From Octopus vulgaris (lineage: Eukaryota): 64,000 bases of DNA. Both the position numbers and the translations under genes were made by a program. The stretch's first letter is position 1. Each line of letters begins with the position of its first letter. Location: assembly GCA_951406725.2 (NCBI GenBank), contig OX597816.1:129642001-129706000 (forward strand), given 5' to 3'. Shown piece by piece: positions 39,895 to 53,784 of the stretch. The notes beneath the pieces are model-generated. The model had not been told where the DNA came from. It searched no databases and was given only the letters and a program-made list of their open reading frames with translations.

Positions 39895-40280
39895 CTACAA
39901 GGATTGGCTGAAAAGTTCACAGGCTAACCAAGATACTCTTATGGAATGTAATCAAACTATGTTTATTTTCCAACATAGTCCCCACTGCAGTCCACAAACC
40001 TCTTTCATTGGTGTTGCAGTGCATAGATCCCATTGGTAAAGAAGCCTTCATCCTGTTAGTCAAAAAGGTCAACAGCAAATATGACATCATCACTGCAACA
40101 CTATTTCCCCAGCAAAATGTTTTTTTCATGTTAGGGAACAGATGATAATCAGATGTGGCAAAATCCAGTTCAAAGCCACAGTCATACACAGTAGCTATTG
40201 AAACCAAGGACTTGTGTGCTGGAGCATTATCCTGATTGAAACAAGACAGCCCTTAATCATTTTCTGGGTGGCTTTGTAAA
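39895..40280 (-). mobile_element. Mariner transposase 3' fragment with TIR
   Basis: DFATSDYHLFPNMKK is a decayed SPDLAPSDYHLF motif; terminus GGCTGAAAAGTTC is shared with the MITE at 33463. Confidence 0.75.
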
Positions 40281-41391
40281 TACTACCCTACCACCAGAAT
40301 GTAATTATTTGATTGGGGTAAAGTATTGTACATCTTTGAGGTAGTAAATTCTGAAAAATCTAACAATTCTTGATCATACTTCACTCAATGAAACATTTGC
40401 AGACAGCTGTTATTGAACAATATTCAAATACATAGTAATTATTAAGAATAATCTTACATAATGCTATATGAATATGAACTCAGCAACTTAAAACTGATTT
40501 GGGGTACAGAAATGTATGTTGTGATCTACTATTAAAGCCTGTTAAATTCCATCCTAGTGTTATATATATAACAGGCAAAAGTGTGGCTGAGTGGTAAGAA
40601 GCTTGCTTCCCACCCACATGGTTCTGAGTTCAGTCCCACTGTGTGACACCTTGAACAAGTCCCTTCTACTATAGCCTCAGGCTGATCAAAGCCTTGTGAA
40701 TGAATTTGATAGATGGAAACTGAAAGAAGACTATCATATATTTGTATACATATATCTTTCTGTGTGTGTGTTGTCATGACTGTGTTGGTCCTCCACCACT
40801 GCTTGACAACTAGTGTTGACATGTTTACATTCCCGTAACTTAAAGGTTCAGTAGAGAGGCTGATAGAAGAAGTATTAGGCTTAACAAAAAGTAAGAACTG
40901 GGGTTGATTTGTTTGAGTAAAAATTTTTCAAGGCAGTGCCCCAGCATGGCCAGTCTAATGACAGTCAAAGTAGAAGATAAAATATATAGATATATATACA
41001 CACACATATATGAGTGAGTGAGGGCACTCAACACATTTATTCGGAGTTACATGTATATAGATCAAAAGAGTTTGATTCAAACTCCTTTTGCCATACCAAG
41101 GAGTTTGAATAAAACTGCTTTAATAGATCAATCTGTCTGTCTAAATGTTTGTTTTTATGTCAAGTTATAATAATTATTAAACATTAAGTTGAAGAATTAC
41201 TAAATACTTTTTAGTAGAATACATGTTTGTTAAATTTACCCCACTTCTTGAAAAAGTGTAATAAACACACACACACACGCAAACACACATACATATATTG
41301 AGAAGGAGATAAAAATGCAGGAAAAATATGAAAGAGATTGTCAACATGAAAATTTAACAAAATAAATGATGAATGATAAATGTTCTCTTAC

Positions 41392-41437
41392 CTCTTTGTT
41401 GACTGTCAGTCCAATAGAAATACATGTGTATGGTATT
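41392..41437 (-). CDS. IMPA1: IMPase exon (46 nt)
   Basis: aatAG|A...GAG|GTaaga; encodes (R)IPYTCISIGLTVNKE; in frame. Confidence 0.9.
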
Positions 41438-42661
41438 CTATTCAGGAATATAAAAAGTTAATTCCAATTATGAGTTCACTAATTTAGTAGAAAGAAGAAT
41501 AATGTTATATACTGGTTATCATTTACCAATTTTCATTGATTTTTTTTTTTAACTAAATATGATTAGATAATTCCACACACAGCTGCTCTCACATTCTCAC
41601 ATATATATTTTCATAGTGCCCACCTAACAAATTGTCTCCACACTAACCAATTCTCCCATACTTCCACACTTGCATCTAGGTACAATGAAAGATTAAATTA
41701 AGCAAAAAAAAAAACAATATAGAATTTAAGACTATAAGAGAATATAAGACATGAGATACTGGCAATTGGCAGAGTCACTGGAACATTGGATAGAATTCCT
41801 CATGATTTTTGTCCTAACTCTATACTGAACTTCCAGGTGGAGATGTCAATGTCTTATAATAAATCATGAAATATTGATTTTGCTATGCATCTACCAAATT
41901 CATTTTGCCCATTTAGAACTCCCATAAAGGCAGCAAGCCAGCAGAATCATTAGCATGCTGGACAAAATGCTTAGTGACATTTTTTCCAGCTTTACATTCT
42001 GTGCCCGTATTCTGCTGAGGTCAATTTTGCCTCTCATCCATTTGGGTGTTAATAAATACATACCAGTCGAGTACTGGGGTTGATGTAATAAACTAGGCCC
42101 CTTCTTCAAAATTTCAGGCCTTTTGGCTATATTAGGAAGAATTTATAATTCCCATTACTATAAAAAAAAATGTTTAATCTCAAGTCAAGTAAAATATGAA
42201 ACATAGCCAAATGCAGGTCACTTCTTTTATTTTTGACAATCAAAATACATCTCACACAAGTATATTCTACAAATGATTTGCTAGTAATAGCAGCTAATTT
42301 TTAAAAAATCATATCTTAAAACAAGGACATATTCATCATCATCATCGTTTAAAGTCCATTTTACATGCTAGCATGGGTTGGATGGTTCGACCTGTGTCTA
42401 GGAAGCCAGAAGGCTGCACCAGGATAATAATATTAGATATGCAAAAAGATGAGATGGTCACAGCTGTAATGCTTTTAATCATGAGATAACTCCATCGAGG
42501 TTGACTTGTGGTTAAACATCATACTGTAACAACATGTGCTCCACTCACTGAGTGACCATAAAACCAGTCAGTGAGCAGTGTTAGCCAACAGGTATGAGGT
42601 CAGTCAGTCAGTTAGTAACCAGAACGGTCAGTTAATGTAACTATAGGAATGTTATACTCAC

Positions 42662-42766
42662 CTATGTACAAAGTTAGTAGTCCCATCAATTGGATCAATG
42701 ATCCATGTTGGATTATTAGTAAACTCAATTTTCTTACCATCAGCTGTGGTTTCTTCTCCAATGACA
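42662..42766 (-). CDS. IMPA1: IMPase exon (105 nt)
   Basis: Encodes [34 protein letters not shown], with the GEE and DPIDGT metal-binding signatures; AG and GTgagt boundaries. Confidence 0.96.
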
Positions 42767-44001
42767 CTATCAAAAAATATAAAAAAAGAAGGATGTTTAT
42801 ATAGAGTTACCACTGGTATGAGAGGTATGAAGAGCCTCTGATAATATATATTAAGTGTGTGTGGTATGTTAGAGTACAAAGTAGTATGAATGATATTGAA
42901 TAACAGCTGGTACTGAATAGTGTAACATGTAAGTGCATGCATGGCATACAGGTGCAGTTGTGGCTGTGTGATTGAGAAGTTTGTTACCTAAACACATGGT
43001 TTCAGGTTCAGTCCCACTGCTTGGCACCTCAGGCCAACCAAAATCTCATGACTGGATTTGGTAGACAGAAACCAAAAGAAACATGCCATATTTTTGTGTG
43101 TGTGTGAGTGCCGGTATCTCCTTATTTCATTATTATCATCATCCTTCAACTTGGATGAATAACTGGTCAATTGTACAATTTATCTTTTTTGGCTGCTGAA
43201 TACAAACTGTGTTCTATGAAACCTCCATTTGGGTGATTTTCCTGAGTCACCATCTTACCCTTATACACCAATCCATCACAAGGTTGCCCATTTACTGCTG
43301 AGTGGACCAAAGCAACATGAAATGAAGTGATTTGCTCGAGAACACAACGCACAGCTGGTCTGGGAATCAAACACATGATCTTGCAATCATGAGTGCAACA
43401 CACTGACCATGAGGCCACATGGCTTCAAACATTAAATGGGAGGCTACTGACTCCCCTGAGTTCCACTACCCTTTGACAGGTTTCATACTCTGGCTTGCAG
43501 GATATCCAATAAATCATCCTCCGCACTTGGTGAGGTTACTAGTTTAGTTGCCAATGACCTGATCATGTGACAGATTATTACTGGGTTACATGTTACCAGT
43601 AGCACTCAAGAGACATCATGTGATAGTTGTAAATGGAATGCAAATGACTAGAAGACTTAGTTGTAAATGAGTATTACTGTCTTACAAGTAGTGTCATTCA
43701 TTTCCAATGGTCTGAGAAAACATGTCTAGCCATGGGTTTTGCTGACAGAAATGGCATCTGACTGTAGAAAATCTGTTTCAATAAACTCTGTCCAACACAT
43801 GCAAGCATAGAAAAGTGAATGTGAAAATAATGATGATGGTGACAATGATAATAAAATATGTAGCATGTATTGCAATTCAGTACAATAGTGAATAACAGGT
43901 TCAGCTAATAAAAGCCTCATAAGTGGATGTGGTAGATGAAAACAGAATGAAGCCTGTTGCATGTGTGTGTGTAACTGAACACAAAAACAAACATTAATAT
44001 A

Positions 44002-45066
44002 TGAGGGAGAGTTAAAAATGATACACACTCTTGTTTTTTCAATATATACACACAAAAGAAGGGGATAAACAATTACATCATTTTTCTATATAGTCTCTTT
44101 CTTTTTCGATGCACTTGGTCCCGTGGTCCACAAGCTTACATATTCCCTCCAAGAACAAAGCTTTCAGTTGGTCATGCAACCATTTATGTACTGCTTCCTT
44201 CACATCTTCATCCGTGGGAAATTGACAACCTCATAAGTCATTTTTGAGTGATCCAAAGATATGATACTTAGCAGCGGCAAGACCTGGGCTGTAGACAGTG
44301 TATTCCAGCAACTCAAAACTCAATTGGTTAATGGTTTCAACAGTCTGAGCGGCTGTGTGTGGGTGTGTAATCAGTGCTAATTGCTGGCTTCAGTTTGTTG
44401 GCCAGCAAAACACTGTATCTTACACTGTTGATCATATACCCCTTTTCCAGGTAGTCTTCCAGTATAGGCCCTTTTGAATCCCAAAAAAGGGTTAGCATCA
44501 ACTTTTCTATGGAAGACTGAGCCTTGAATTTCTTCATCATTAGCAAGCCAGGATGTTTTTACTCCTTACTTTGTCTTTTGGATTCTCTCTCATAATGATG
44601 AACCCATATTTGATCTCCTGTGACTATTCTCCTCAAAAATTCCTTGCATACATTGTTTTAGTGATCAAGTAAATGTTGGCAGACCTCAAGACGTTTGCAC
44701 TTGTGCTCTGCAGTGAGATCTCTTGGCACCCATCATGCACAGACTTAATGGAAACTGAGCTCATTATGGATGATTTGATAGGCAGAACCATGACTAATCT
44801 GCAGATGATAACTTGCCAGTTCACCATTACCATGTCTCAACCTGAGAAATTGGATCACTGCTCTTTGTTCTTCTTTGGTGTACATTGCTAGTGGAGTGGC
44901 CATGCTTACACTGTAAAGCCAGAAAGAAAAAATGGCATGATCAGGCTTAACCTTTGGCTACATGACCACAATAGAACCAACTATAAGCATGCATGCACAG
45001 AAAGTGGTGTGACAATAATAAAGATATATTATGGTGAAAGTGTAGATAATTTTTGACTTCCCCTCG
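44002..45066 (-). mobile_element. Mariner DNA transposon, degenerate and internally deleted
   Basis: TIRs TGAGGGAGAGTTAAAAATGATACACACT / AGTGTAGATAATTTTTGACTTCCCCTCG with TA TSDs; remnant MLTLFWDSKGPILEDYLEKGYMINSVRY. Confidence 0.88.
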
Positions 45067-46699
45067 TATATATATTCATATAGATTGATAGATTTATATA
45101 TATATAGATATGTGTATGCGTGCGTTTGTGAACATTTGTGCTTCTCTGAAAATTGTTCAGCTATGGATGGTGTGATATACATGTGACAAGCTTCTTCAGT
45201 TTTCATCAATCAAATCCACTTACAAGGCTTTGGTCAGCTGAGAAGTGTTTGAGAAGTAAACTTCTTAGTCATTCATCACTGGCTTTGTAACTTTAAGGAA
45301 ATATGGAATAAGATATATGATAATTTGAAAACAGATAAAAGTTATCAATAGGAAGGACATTCAGTTGTAAAACAACATCTCAATAATATATGCATATAAT
45401 CCATGATAGCATGGAAAAACAGACATAAAAATGAATGAATGAAACAACGTATATTTAGGATCAGTAGTGTAGTACTAAAATAAGAAGCGAATGCAATTTA
45501 AAAGTGTTATTCAGATGTGGGGAGAGAGCAATGCAAGCACAGTGCACCCATATAGTTGGTGTTGTTATGAAAAGCAATATAAGCTTTTTGGGAAAATTTT
45601 TTATCAAACTGATTTCAGTGGTAGGTGAAAAGAGGTGTAGGTGGAAGCTTCAACATTAGGGACACTATCAGTGCATGTCTGACCCTTGCACAGATCTAAT
45701 CAAAATAGGTTGCAATTTTCTTTACAGTTGATCCCATAGTGTCAGAGAGATATTGTGACAAATGGACAAGCTGAGGTTTCCCTATGTTGTACTATACATG
45801 CCAGCAACATTTTTTTTACCCCTCAATTTTAATACCAAACCCTACTTCATAATGGTGATATGTAGCTGATCATGATTCCACATGCCAGAAGCAATATAGC
45901 CTATTAAATACATTTTAAAATTTATTTTGGTTTACCTTGAACCTTTGTATTTGGAGAAAATTTTAACAGAATTTCCAAACTGGATTCACCAGGACATCTT
46001 TGGATTTTGCTATTCTTACATGTGTATCAGTTGCTGAATGATGACACTTAAACCATTTGAGTAAATAATTGTTAGCTTTCCAAATTACACCATTTAATTC
46101 TTGCAAATGCAATGAATCAAAATGGTCAATGTACAGTTTATCAATTTTGTAGTTCTAAATATTTTGCAGGTATTCACTACTTCAGATTTATTAAAATGAT
46201 CCAAAGTAGTTTCAAGTTGTTCCCTTGCAATAACATTTAGTTAAAAGATTTTTTTACGATTATGAAATTTGCATATTTTTCTTCAAGTTATATATACACA
46301 TTTTCATGTATGTGTGTGTGTATGTGTGAGTGTGTGTGTGTGTGTGTTCCCTTATTCTTTTACTTGCTTCAGTCATTTGACAGCAGCCATGCATGTGTGT
46401 GTACTGTATATATATATATATATACAAATACCAGCTTGGTACCTGGCACAAATAAGACCACAAAAAAAATTCAGTATGAAAGGGAATCAAAAAAGGACAA
46501 CCATACTGCATTGTTCATCATGCAAGTCAACGAGGGATGTGCTTGAGTCTTAAGTAGAGTTGGCGTCTATTTTAAAAGTACATTGCTGTCTCCATCCAAT
46601 GCTAATGTAATCAGCAATAAGCCTGCATCTTATTCTGGGAGTCATGAGAATAAAAGGATGCATGTACCAGGACCCTGAAGCAAGTACGGGAAGGAACAA

Positions 46700-46870
46700 C
46701 CATTAATGATTGGGAATTGGAATGTCACAACCTTTTCAGTAAAGAGCAGGAACTAGTGGAGGAGACTGAAAACTACTAGATAGATATATTTGGTGACTTC
46801 TCTAGAAGGTTCTGTGGCTATGGTACCATAGATTTGGATAGAGGGTGGAAATTCCACTATGCTGGAGTGA
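46700..46870 (+). mobile_element. Old RTE APE-endonuclease fragment
   Basis: IGNWNVTT...KEQELVEE...LDRGWKFHYAG remnants. Confidence 0.5.
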
Positions 46871-47663
46871 TGCAACTATATCTGCATAGTTGGTCACACT
46901 TGAGAATTCATCCAGGAAATTTAATGATAGTTGCTTCTGATAGGACCCTATGGAGGAGGTGTCTAATGCCTCTACTCTAATGACCCTCCCAGGAATAGTG
47001 GGCAGAAAAGATTCATGGATAGGTAGAATACACACACACATGTATGCATATATGCATATGAATGGAGGGTGTTTGATATTGAACATACATTTTCCTCTGT
47101 GTATATGAGTATACATATTTATTTATATATATATATATGCATACACATACATACACACACGCACACACGTTTTTGTGGCATGCGCGCATGTGCGTGTGTG
47201 TGTGTGTGTATGTGAACGTGGGAAAATGCCATTTCGGCATACAAACAACATACCTTTATGTGAAAGACTACAATACTGAAAACTCAAACAAAACAGGAAC
47301 AATAGCAGCAGCAACAATAATAATGGGAATCTTAAGTTTTTTACAACCCATGTCTCCAATTTTGGAAGGATATGTTTTCAGTTTATGAGCAAGCATTACC
47401 TTGATAATTCAGTAATTCACCCAAAGCAAAAGAGATCGAAATTCTCAATGCATTAGACAATTTTAAACTTGAATTTCTTTGAAATAGTGAGGCAACACCA
47501 TTCCCACTCTCCAAAAAAGTAAGGGAACACCATTCTCATACGTTCCTACAGGATTACACCACTATTTAGAAATCAAAATGCTCCTTTCTGGTTTTTTCAC
47601 TTCGTCATATGATTTAGATATGTGACATTTAAGGGAGATAATTCTTTTACCACAGTATCTTAC

Positions 47664-47797
47664 CTATGTCCTGGATAATGTTTTTTTATCTCTTTAGTAA
47701 AAAATTTCTCCACATTTTGATCTGTTTCAGTAACAAGATCAGCATAGGAGGCTTTTGTTGTCACTTTTTTGTCTCGGTAAAAACATTCTTTAATCAT
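47664..47797 (-). CDS. IMPA1: IMPase exon (134 nt)
   Basis: tttcAG|ATG...AG|GTaaga; encodes MIKECFYRDKKVTTKASYADLVTETDQNVEKFF...HYPGH, with the DLVTETD motif. Confidence 0.94.
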
Positions 47798-48469
47798 CTG
47801 AAATAGAAAATATATCAGCTGTCAGTATTTTACAAGAGAGAACATATTTTGGTCATCAGGACAGCACCTGTTAAATTTAATTCCAGTGAATCAGAAACTG
47901 AGCAAGGGATTCTACATTTATTTTTATCAAGATTCCAAGAATTTATTGTTTAACATATTTGTATATTTACATGAATGTTTCACTATATTTGTAAATTTTT
48001 CTGAAGTTGTTCAAGCAGTTGAATTACTTTCCTTACATTGACCAGTTAATAGTGAGAATAATCATAAATTTTTGTTAGTTTTGACAAATAACATACATTT
48101 TTAATGGTAAATTGCAAACAATACTGGTGACAGATTTTAAATTCATGTATTTTTAATCCATAGTCTATTTAACTATCCGATTTCAAGTGCTAAAAATGAG
48201 ATTAAATTTTCAATCAACTTTTATTATTTGTTTTTTTAGTATCAGCAGAAAATAAAAATTGTAAACTGACAAACAATAATTCTTTGGAAGAAAAAATCAA
48301 TTAGAGAAAATTTGGTTTTATCCATTAACCTTTTTGTTAACATATTTCTGTTGAAAGTCATTGCTTTTGTTCCAATTAATTTTGAAAATAATTAAGTATT
48401 TGCTAAAATATATTTAACATTGCATAATCAGCCCACTCAAAAGTTCCTTGGATCATAGGGTGACATGAC

Positions 48470-48872
48470 ATGCTTGAGGAGACCTATTGAGTCAAGTACA
48501 TCAAAATCAAATCAAATCACATTCAAATGGAAATTGTAGTTGTGATCCCCGTGCCGGTGGCACATAATAAACACCACTTGAACATGGCCGATGCTAGCGC
48601 TGCCTTGGCTGGCTTCCATGCCGGTGGCATATAAAAATCACCATCTGATCATAGTCGATGCCAGCCCTCTCTGGCTCCTGTGCCAGAGGCACATAAAAAA
48701 GCACCCACTACACTCTCGGAGTGGTTGGCTTTAGGAAGACCATCCAGCTGTAGAAACACTGCCAGATCAGACTGGAGCCTGGTGCAGCCTTCTGGCTTCC
48801 CAGAACCCGGTTGAACCGTCCAACCCATGCCAGCATGGAAAACGAACGTTAAACGATGATGATGATGATGAT
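48470..48872 (+). mobile_element. RTE LINE 3'UTR-only copy
   Basis: Three GCCGGTGGCACATAAAA-type units, conserved terminus and (GAT)n; similar short 3' stubs at about 13405-13712, 22768-22928, 23810-23946, 29093-29226 and 32670-32941. Confidence 0.85.
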
Positions 48873-49346
48873 GTGATATTTGACATTATTAAGTAGGTGT
48901 TTCAGATTTAAATTAACACAAACTAGTAAAGCATCTTCTTATAAACAAAGATACTGCCTGTGATTGTAGTTAATATGCTGTTAGTATCACTACAATTATG
49001 AAGGTGGGTGGTCAAGGGTTCAAATCCAGGCCTAAGTTTGTCCTTGAGTGAAGTATTTCATTTCACATTGAAAGTTGAGTACCAGCCAAGTGCTGGTGCA
49101 ACCCCTTTTCCCATCCAGCTATCACATCCTCAATGTTTTGCTGAGTCAAGGAGTGGGAGGGTCAATAGAGTGTCTTTGTCTGCTCACTAACTACATAGGC
49201 ACCTAAAAAGCAATTAGTAAAAATATGTTACAAGCTACCATTGCCATCACATGCTTGAAAGTGATAGCTATGGTCTGCTTTTTTATCACTACAATTAACA
49301 CTGATATCAATTTTACTACAAAATTTGTAGACAGCTTCATACTTAC

Positions 49347-49427
49347 ATGGCCACATTCTTTTGCAAGCTGAATCCCTGTTTCATAAATTTCACACAGTTC
49401 TTCTTCGCTCAAAGTAATATTTGCCAT
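49347..49427 (-). CDS. IMPA1: Inositol monophosphatase, first coding exon (exon begins at 49452 with 25 nt of 5'UTR)
   Basis: ATG at 49427; encodes MANITLSEEELCEIYETGIQLAKECGH, then a GTAAGT donor; a ttatttccAG acceptor ending at 49453 implies an upstream non-coding exon. Confidence 0.85.
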
Positions 49428-50565
49428 AGTTTAAAGTAGAAGACAAATCAACCTGGAAATAATCAACAAAAAGGTAGATTATAAACTTTCAAATTAAAAA
49501 ATATGAAACACAAAATTAGGAATGACATAGTTTCTTTGTTAAAAAAAAAACATAGCAAGTTCATTGTTAAACTTTGAAAGTACAAATACACCTAACTTTC
49601 AAGATGCAAAATATCTTGCCATCATATATCCTTTTATTATTTACTTGTTTTAGTTGTTAGATTGCAGCCATGCTGGAGCACCACCTTCGAGGGTTTAGTC
49701 AAACAAATTGACTCCAGTACTAATTTTGTTGGTCTCTTTTTGCTGAACCATTTAGTTACAGCCATGCCTGACCTATACACCCAAAATATGGAACTCATTG
49801 CTTTTGACTATCAGAAAATCTCAGGCTTCAAAAAAAGAAAGCTAAAAAAAATCTTACTTTATTCAAGATTTTGAGTATTATTTTTTAATCCTCTAGCACT
49901 CAGATTACTGTGTGAAATCTTATGCTCATTTATCCACATTGCATTGAAATAATCATGCATTATCTCATACCTTTGAGATTTCAATGATGTGTTTGTTTAT
50001 CTTTGGAATGACATTGTAGAAAGTGTGAGAGGCAGCATGTGGCTGGTTTAAACATAAAACAAGTAGAATATTTGGGTCAGATATGGTCAGTTTAAATACT
50101 ACCAAGCTATCCAAAAAGGAAAGTGTATATCCTATAAACTACCACTTCAGAGGAAATTTCTTGTTTGAGATTCCACTTGTACATCTAATGCTTGCAGTCA
50201 CTATCAGCACAATATCAAGTTCCTGTACCTTTGTTTCATTACTGAAAACAGTACAAATAAAAGCTCTAACATTAATTATGTTCACTCACTTAACACTAAA
50301 TAAAAGCCACACTTAAATCATGCTAAATCACTTAGTATTTAATTTTAACTGACCTGCTTTCAACTCATTGTTAGATTGCTGAAGTTTAAACAAGTAAAAA
50401 CAAAGAAATGAAACGCAGACTATTTTAACTGGCGGTGGCCTGGGTTAGAAGAAATTATATAGTGAAGTTCATGAATTTGGATAAGCTGGTTTGCTGAGAG
50501 ACATAGCAGGATCTGATATTTCAGTATTGTCCCATTATCTGAAAGTGAATTTCAGTTTAGCTAAT

Positions 50566-51465
50566 ACAGTTCTATATTTAAGAGATGAGGAATTATGTAC
50601 ATAGGGTTGACAGACTGTGGACAGTTTATCGGTTTCATCCTCTCTTTTCTTCATAATTGGAGTGGAGACTATGCTTTTGGGGTAGTTACTCTCCACTCCA
50701 ATTATGAAGAAAAGAGAGGATGAAACTGATAAACTGTCCACAATCTGTCTACCATATGTGAAAGGCCTCTCTAAAAGCATACAAAAGATATGCAGCCCAT
50801 ATGACATCAGGACAGTATTCAAGAGTAATACAACACTTCGCAAATATCTCCTTCGAGTAAAACCACCAATAGAAGAGAATATGACCAAAGACTGTGTGTA
50901 CTCCATCCCATGCAGCTGTGGTAGGTTATACAAAGGCGAAACATGCCGCCCCCTCAAAATATGGGTAGAGGAACATTGCAAAGCTGTGACATGGGGAGAT
51001 ATTGATAAATCAGGTATAGCTGATCATGTATGGAAAAATGAAGATCACCTCAAAATAATAAACAGAGAACACCACTGGAAAATACAAAAACTAAAAGAAG
51101 CAGCACATATGCTATGACACAACAACCTACTAAGCAGACTGAGTGCAGATATGAACAGCATATGGGAACTGGTATTAAGGAAGGATAGGAGAATATTAGA
51201 TTTATAAGCCCTAAAATTCACCCTATAATTGCCCACATGTATAAGGCATAGTGGTTAAGAGCACAGGCTACTAACCCCAAGATTCCGAGTTCAATTCCAG
51301 GCAGTGACCTGAATAATAGTAATAATAACAACATCGAAAAATACGAGAACCCAGGTTCGAAATTTCCCCAAGACACCTGATGAAGGCTGGAGGGTATATC
51401 AGCTGAAATGTTGTGTTAACAACAAACAATATGAGGACAAATACCCATCAAATGTAAATAATGTA
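50566..51465 (+). mobile_element. Penelope-like element insertion with 5' inversion and TSD
   Basis: GIY-YIG ORF at 50704-51117; inverted segment 50605-50668 versus 50691-50754; flanking direct repeat CAGTTTAGCTAAT at 50553-50565 and 51466-51478; tRNA-like segment; hammerhead. Confidence 0.92.
51372..51417 (+). ncRNA. Minimal hammerhead ribozyme in a Penelope 3' region
   Basis: GACAC-CTGATGA-A-GGCTG..CAGCT-GAAA-TG-TT-GTGTT; two apparent CpG-decay changes. Confidence 0.65.
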
Positions 51466-52250
51466 CAGTTTAGCTAATGTTAACATATTTAAAGTGGGGG
51501 AACATTTTTTAATTATTTATCCTCTAAATATGTCTGTATTCCTATGCCAACTAGTGTACAATATTTCCCAATAGACTAAAATCCAAAATTTGAGGTAAAT
51601 GATTGTGTTTAGCATCAGCAACATGTTAGCTCATAACTTCAAAGAAAAGTTCCAATAACTTCAATAAGTGCCATCTTAACACTTCAGCATTTAAACTGAC
51701 CATAACTGGCCCAAATATTCTACCTGTTTTATGTTCAAATTGGCCACATCTGGCCTCTCACACCTACCCTACAATGTCATTCTAAAAATATACAATCACA
51801 TGATCAAAATCTCAAAGCAACAAAATGATGCATAACTAATTCAAAACAATGTGAATAAATAAGTATTGTTTTTTTTCCTAAAGAATGGCACTTCTGAGAT
51901 TAGACTACCGAGTAAGATCAACTAAATAGTAAATTTTTAAAAATCAAACCAATTATCTTCAAATATTAAAAAATAAAAATAAATATAAATCTGTCTAACC
52001 AAAGAGAGCATGGAAAAATGGATGTAAAAAAAATTAACAAACACAAGACCACAAATTTTATGTAAAGGTTATAGTTGATTACAAGCGACCTGAAGATTTG
52101 ACTAGTATTGATGACCTCAAAGATGAAAAGCACAGTAGAAACCAATGAGATTTGAAACCAGAATGTAAAGTGAAGCAACAAAACACCACAAAGTATTTCA
52201 TTTCTGTTGCAAAGGAGAGGAGATAGGGCTTAATGATATTCAAAATTGAA

Positions 52251-52295
<45 letters not shown>

Positions 52296-52313
52296 AGAAG
52301 AATTCTAATAATT

Positions 52314-52675
52314 TCTATATATATAAATGGCAAAATGTCTGTGTGTGTGTCCTTTATACAAATCCACAATTCTTCAGTTAAAGGGCTCACACTTTCTATG
52401 GTCATTCAAAACCGTCCAAGGGTGGTCGTGCACATCTTTACATTTCCCCAGTCACCCTGCAAAGCCATTAAAAAATCAATAGAAGTGACTTTTTTGCGAA
52501 TTTTCTATCCAAAACCCAATCAAAATGCCTGAAACTTGATACGCCAATTGAATGCCAGCTAGCTGTATGTGATTGGTCGGAGATTTGGACAGTACTCGCA
52601 TGTATGTGCACACGCACGCAGCTGTATATGCATGCACTAGCACTATGCCTCGGCAACGCCAGGTCATAGTGCTAG
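52314..52675 (+). mobile_element. Non-autonomous Helitron
   Basis: 5' TCTATATATATAAA; 3' subterminal hairpin CCTCGGCAACGCCAGG followed by CTAG|T. Confidence 0.75.
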
Positions 52676-53443
52676 TAAAGAAATAAACGAGATTACTGGA
52701 TTCAATAAAAAAAATGGTAGATCATATCTTTACTAAAAAGTCCTATATATATAAATAAATTCATGAGTGTTATCTTGCATAGACATACAAATTCAGATTT
52801 ATGACGGTAAGAGAAAAGAGATTGCATGATAGTTGATAGTTAACCTGCTGTGTATACAGCAATACTTACCTCATAACTTATTTAAGCATATTGTCAAAAT
52901 AGATTGTTATCCAAAACATTTAGAATATGAATGAATGACCATTAACAATAGCTTTAGTACTAGAGCATTCAGCTTGTAGTTTTGAAGATAAAATGGTAGT
53001 TAATAATTGTTAATATGAATTATTTATCAATAGCTCCTACAGTAATGTGTTATCAACCAGCATGCTGAAATCAGTGTTATTAGTATTGATCTTTTATATA
53101 AGCATTCAAGAAAACTAGTAAATAATTTTTTAGAATGAAATGTAAAAATTATGATTGCATATATTCAATCATCATCAGTTAATGCCTATGTTCCATGCTG
53201 GAATGGGTTGGACAGTATGACAGAATCCAATGAGTCTAAAGACTGCATTGTGTTTCAGTGCCTACTTTGGCTGGACACACTTCCTAATACCCATGACTTT
53301 ACAGCATGTACTAGGTCCCTTTTTTCAGGCTACCTGTACCATTGAGGTTGCCATGCAGACTTGCAGGAGCAAAAACTTTGCGAGAGGTCGGAGGTGGTCA
53401 GCTTCATACAAGGGGAGAAGGGCAGAGATGATTGCAATCAGAA

Positions 53444-53784
53444 CAGTGGTTCTCAATCAGGGGTCCATATGGCCCCTGAGAGATCATATAAGGTTTTTGG
53501 GGGTCCATGCAACCAAATAGAAAATTGGGGATCCACAATAGTATTTTAAGAGCTCTGAAAAAATTTTGCTTTAGATGTATTTATTGCAAGAAACAGCTAA
53601 GTTTCTTTCTCTGGCATTTTACATAGTTCAACCTACACAAATGAATGTGTAAAAAACAAAATAGGAATTTTGAAAGAAGTATCTATAAAACTAGTTTTTA
53701 AACATTGAATGGCTACAGGGGGTCCATCAGAATAAAATAACAATCAAAGGGGGTCCATAGATGAAAAATGGCAGAGAATCCCTG
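53444..53784. mobile_element. hAT-like non-autonomous element
   Basis: Termini CAGTGGTTCTC / GAGAATCCCTG; repeated subterminal GGGGTCCA motifs; TSD not clear. Confidence 0.65.

Noticed and set aside
51245-51312. Functional tRNA gene
   Set aside because: A and B boxes are present, but the acceptor stem does not pair convincingly and the segment is embedded in a repeat. It is treated as tRNA-derived.
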